Positions 62,501-64,000 of a stretch of DNA of 64,000 nucleotides are shown here, in pieces. The notes beneath the pieces are model-generated. The model was not told where the DNA came from, made no database searches, and saw only the letters and a program-made list of their open reading frames with translations. Source of the DNA: Catajapyx aquilonaris (Eukaryota); contig KZ538093.1 in the NCBI GenBank assembly GCA_000934665.2, positions 1 through 64,000 of the forward strand, read 5' to 3'. A program made the translations under genes and the position numbers. Position 1 is the stretch's first letter; the number at the start of each line of letters is the position of its first letter.

Positions 62501-64000
62501 TCAACCATGGTGTAACTGTAACCTATTCACTATTCCGCAAAAATATGTGTGTCAAGTTTTATCTGACAAGGCCATGCTCTTTAGTCTTATCAAATGCGAG
62601 TACTTGGTCACTTTCAGAGGGGTGACCATTGTAAAAGTCAAGTGACGCACAATAGGTTCGGAATTTGTGGTTTACATGATTCTGGTTTTAACCCCCTCAA
62701 CTTTTCATCGTTTATTTAGACGGACACACACTGTGCACAAGTATGACTTTGTAAACCATCCTGTACAATAGTACATAGCAATGCACCATACTTTTTCGCA
62801 CAGCCTGACACACTCACCGGAGTATACAAATAGAATGAATTTTCAGACCGAGTGTAAAGTAACCCCACACTAGGGTATTTGACCGAGTGTTACGCCAAGA
62901 TTACATCAGCTTCGCGAGGATGGAGATGAAGTAAAAGAATTCATGTTGCTTTTCCTGCTTGAAATCTAAAGCCCCCCCCAAGCAAGCCAAGTGGAGAGGA
63001 GGCAAGGGTGTAAAAGCAGCTGTGTGTGTGTGTGACGGACCACAAGGGTCAACAATTCCCTATTTGGAACTGACCTTCTTCAAGAGAGCTGGAGGGCATA
63101 CCGCTGCTACCCACGTCCATCGAGGGGGTTTCAGGTGTCAAAACTCACTCTACTGGTCTCCCTCTTTCAACCCACATTAAAACAATCAAACCAAGCTAGA
63201 TTCGCCATGCATTTCTCTTACCTTATGGAAAAGCGCTGATATAGCGCCTTTCCACGCCCAGGTTGTTGTCTGAAAAATGAGAGAATATAATGTACATTTT
63301 TGAAGTACATGTGACATGATTTGAACTAACCGCTCCAATATAACGTATACACAGGAATCAACATGTTCTCAGCAATGCTACTGCCATCTAGTGGGAGCAT
63401 TGCATACTCCACATTAGACGCCAGATGACGTACCATACTGTACGGTGCAGTAATAACATTGTCATCAATAGTGAATATTTTAATTAAAACTTTTGCACTT
63501 TGACAATGAGGGCCATCTTATTCAGTATCACACGATTTACACCCGCACACCTATATACTCGCCACTTGTAATGTTATGTATCTAGGTTAACGTCACTGGG
63601 AGTAACGGCATAATTATGGCGATTCCATCGGCCAAAACGTTCTCAGATACGGTCACGAATGTGAGGTATAATGAATAATCATAATGGGTCAATCGAGAAG
63701 TCAGCGAATACGTGATTGTGATCACGCCTAATTGCAGACTACAAAATCTATCTAGAATGCAACTTTGTGTTCAGCATCAATAGAACATAGCAATCAGTTC
63801 ATGATGCTGTGGTACATTGTAATGGTTTCACAAAAAGTCGATTTCCAGAGTTGGATTGTTCCACATTTCATAGTGGGTCAATGAATTCGGATTAGAGCTA
63901 GAATATTATTGCAAGGATCATATAGTACCAGTAGACAAAATGTTACCGGGTGGTCCTATAATCTCTGCTTTTTTTGTGTAGGTCTGGTTCCACTGATGCG

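Overview
This is eukaryotic (animal, most likely arthropod) genomic DNA, not prokaryotic. It carries one multi-exon gene on the minus strand, a TANC/rolling-pebbles (rols) family scaffold with RING finger, P-loop NTPase, ankyrin repeats and TPRs. I traced 22 constant coding exons from 16017 down to the stop at 4536, all in register (4211 nt; about 1,400 aa). They are joined by 21 introns: 15 are 56-77 nt long and one is a non-canonical GC-AG intron. The upstream ~48 kb (16-64 kb) has no other recognisable protein gene. It does hold several short ATG-initiated exon candidates with phase-1 donors that could each splice in frame onto the RING exon, suggesting alternative promoters and N-termini; the best are 39226-39292, 22678-22741, 17705-17882 and 33355-33427. 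The same region has CTCF-like motifs. Many small non-autonomous transposons are scattered through the window: two tRNA-derived SINEs with target-site duplications (TSDs), Tc1/mariner-, hAT- and piggyBac-type MITEs, a foldback element and a mini-Helitron. By eye, CpG is depleted over the constant exon block and normal upstream. There are two N gaps. Most entries in the ORF track outside the exons are spurious. All calls are by eye; no database search was run.
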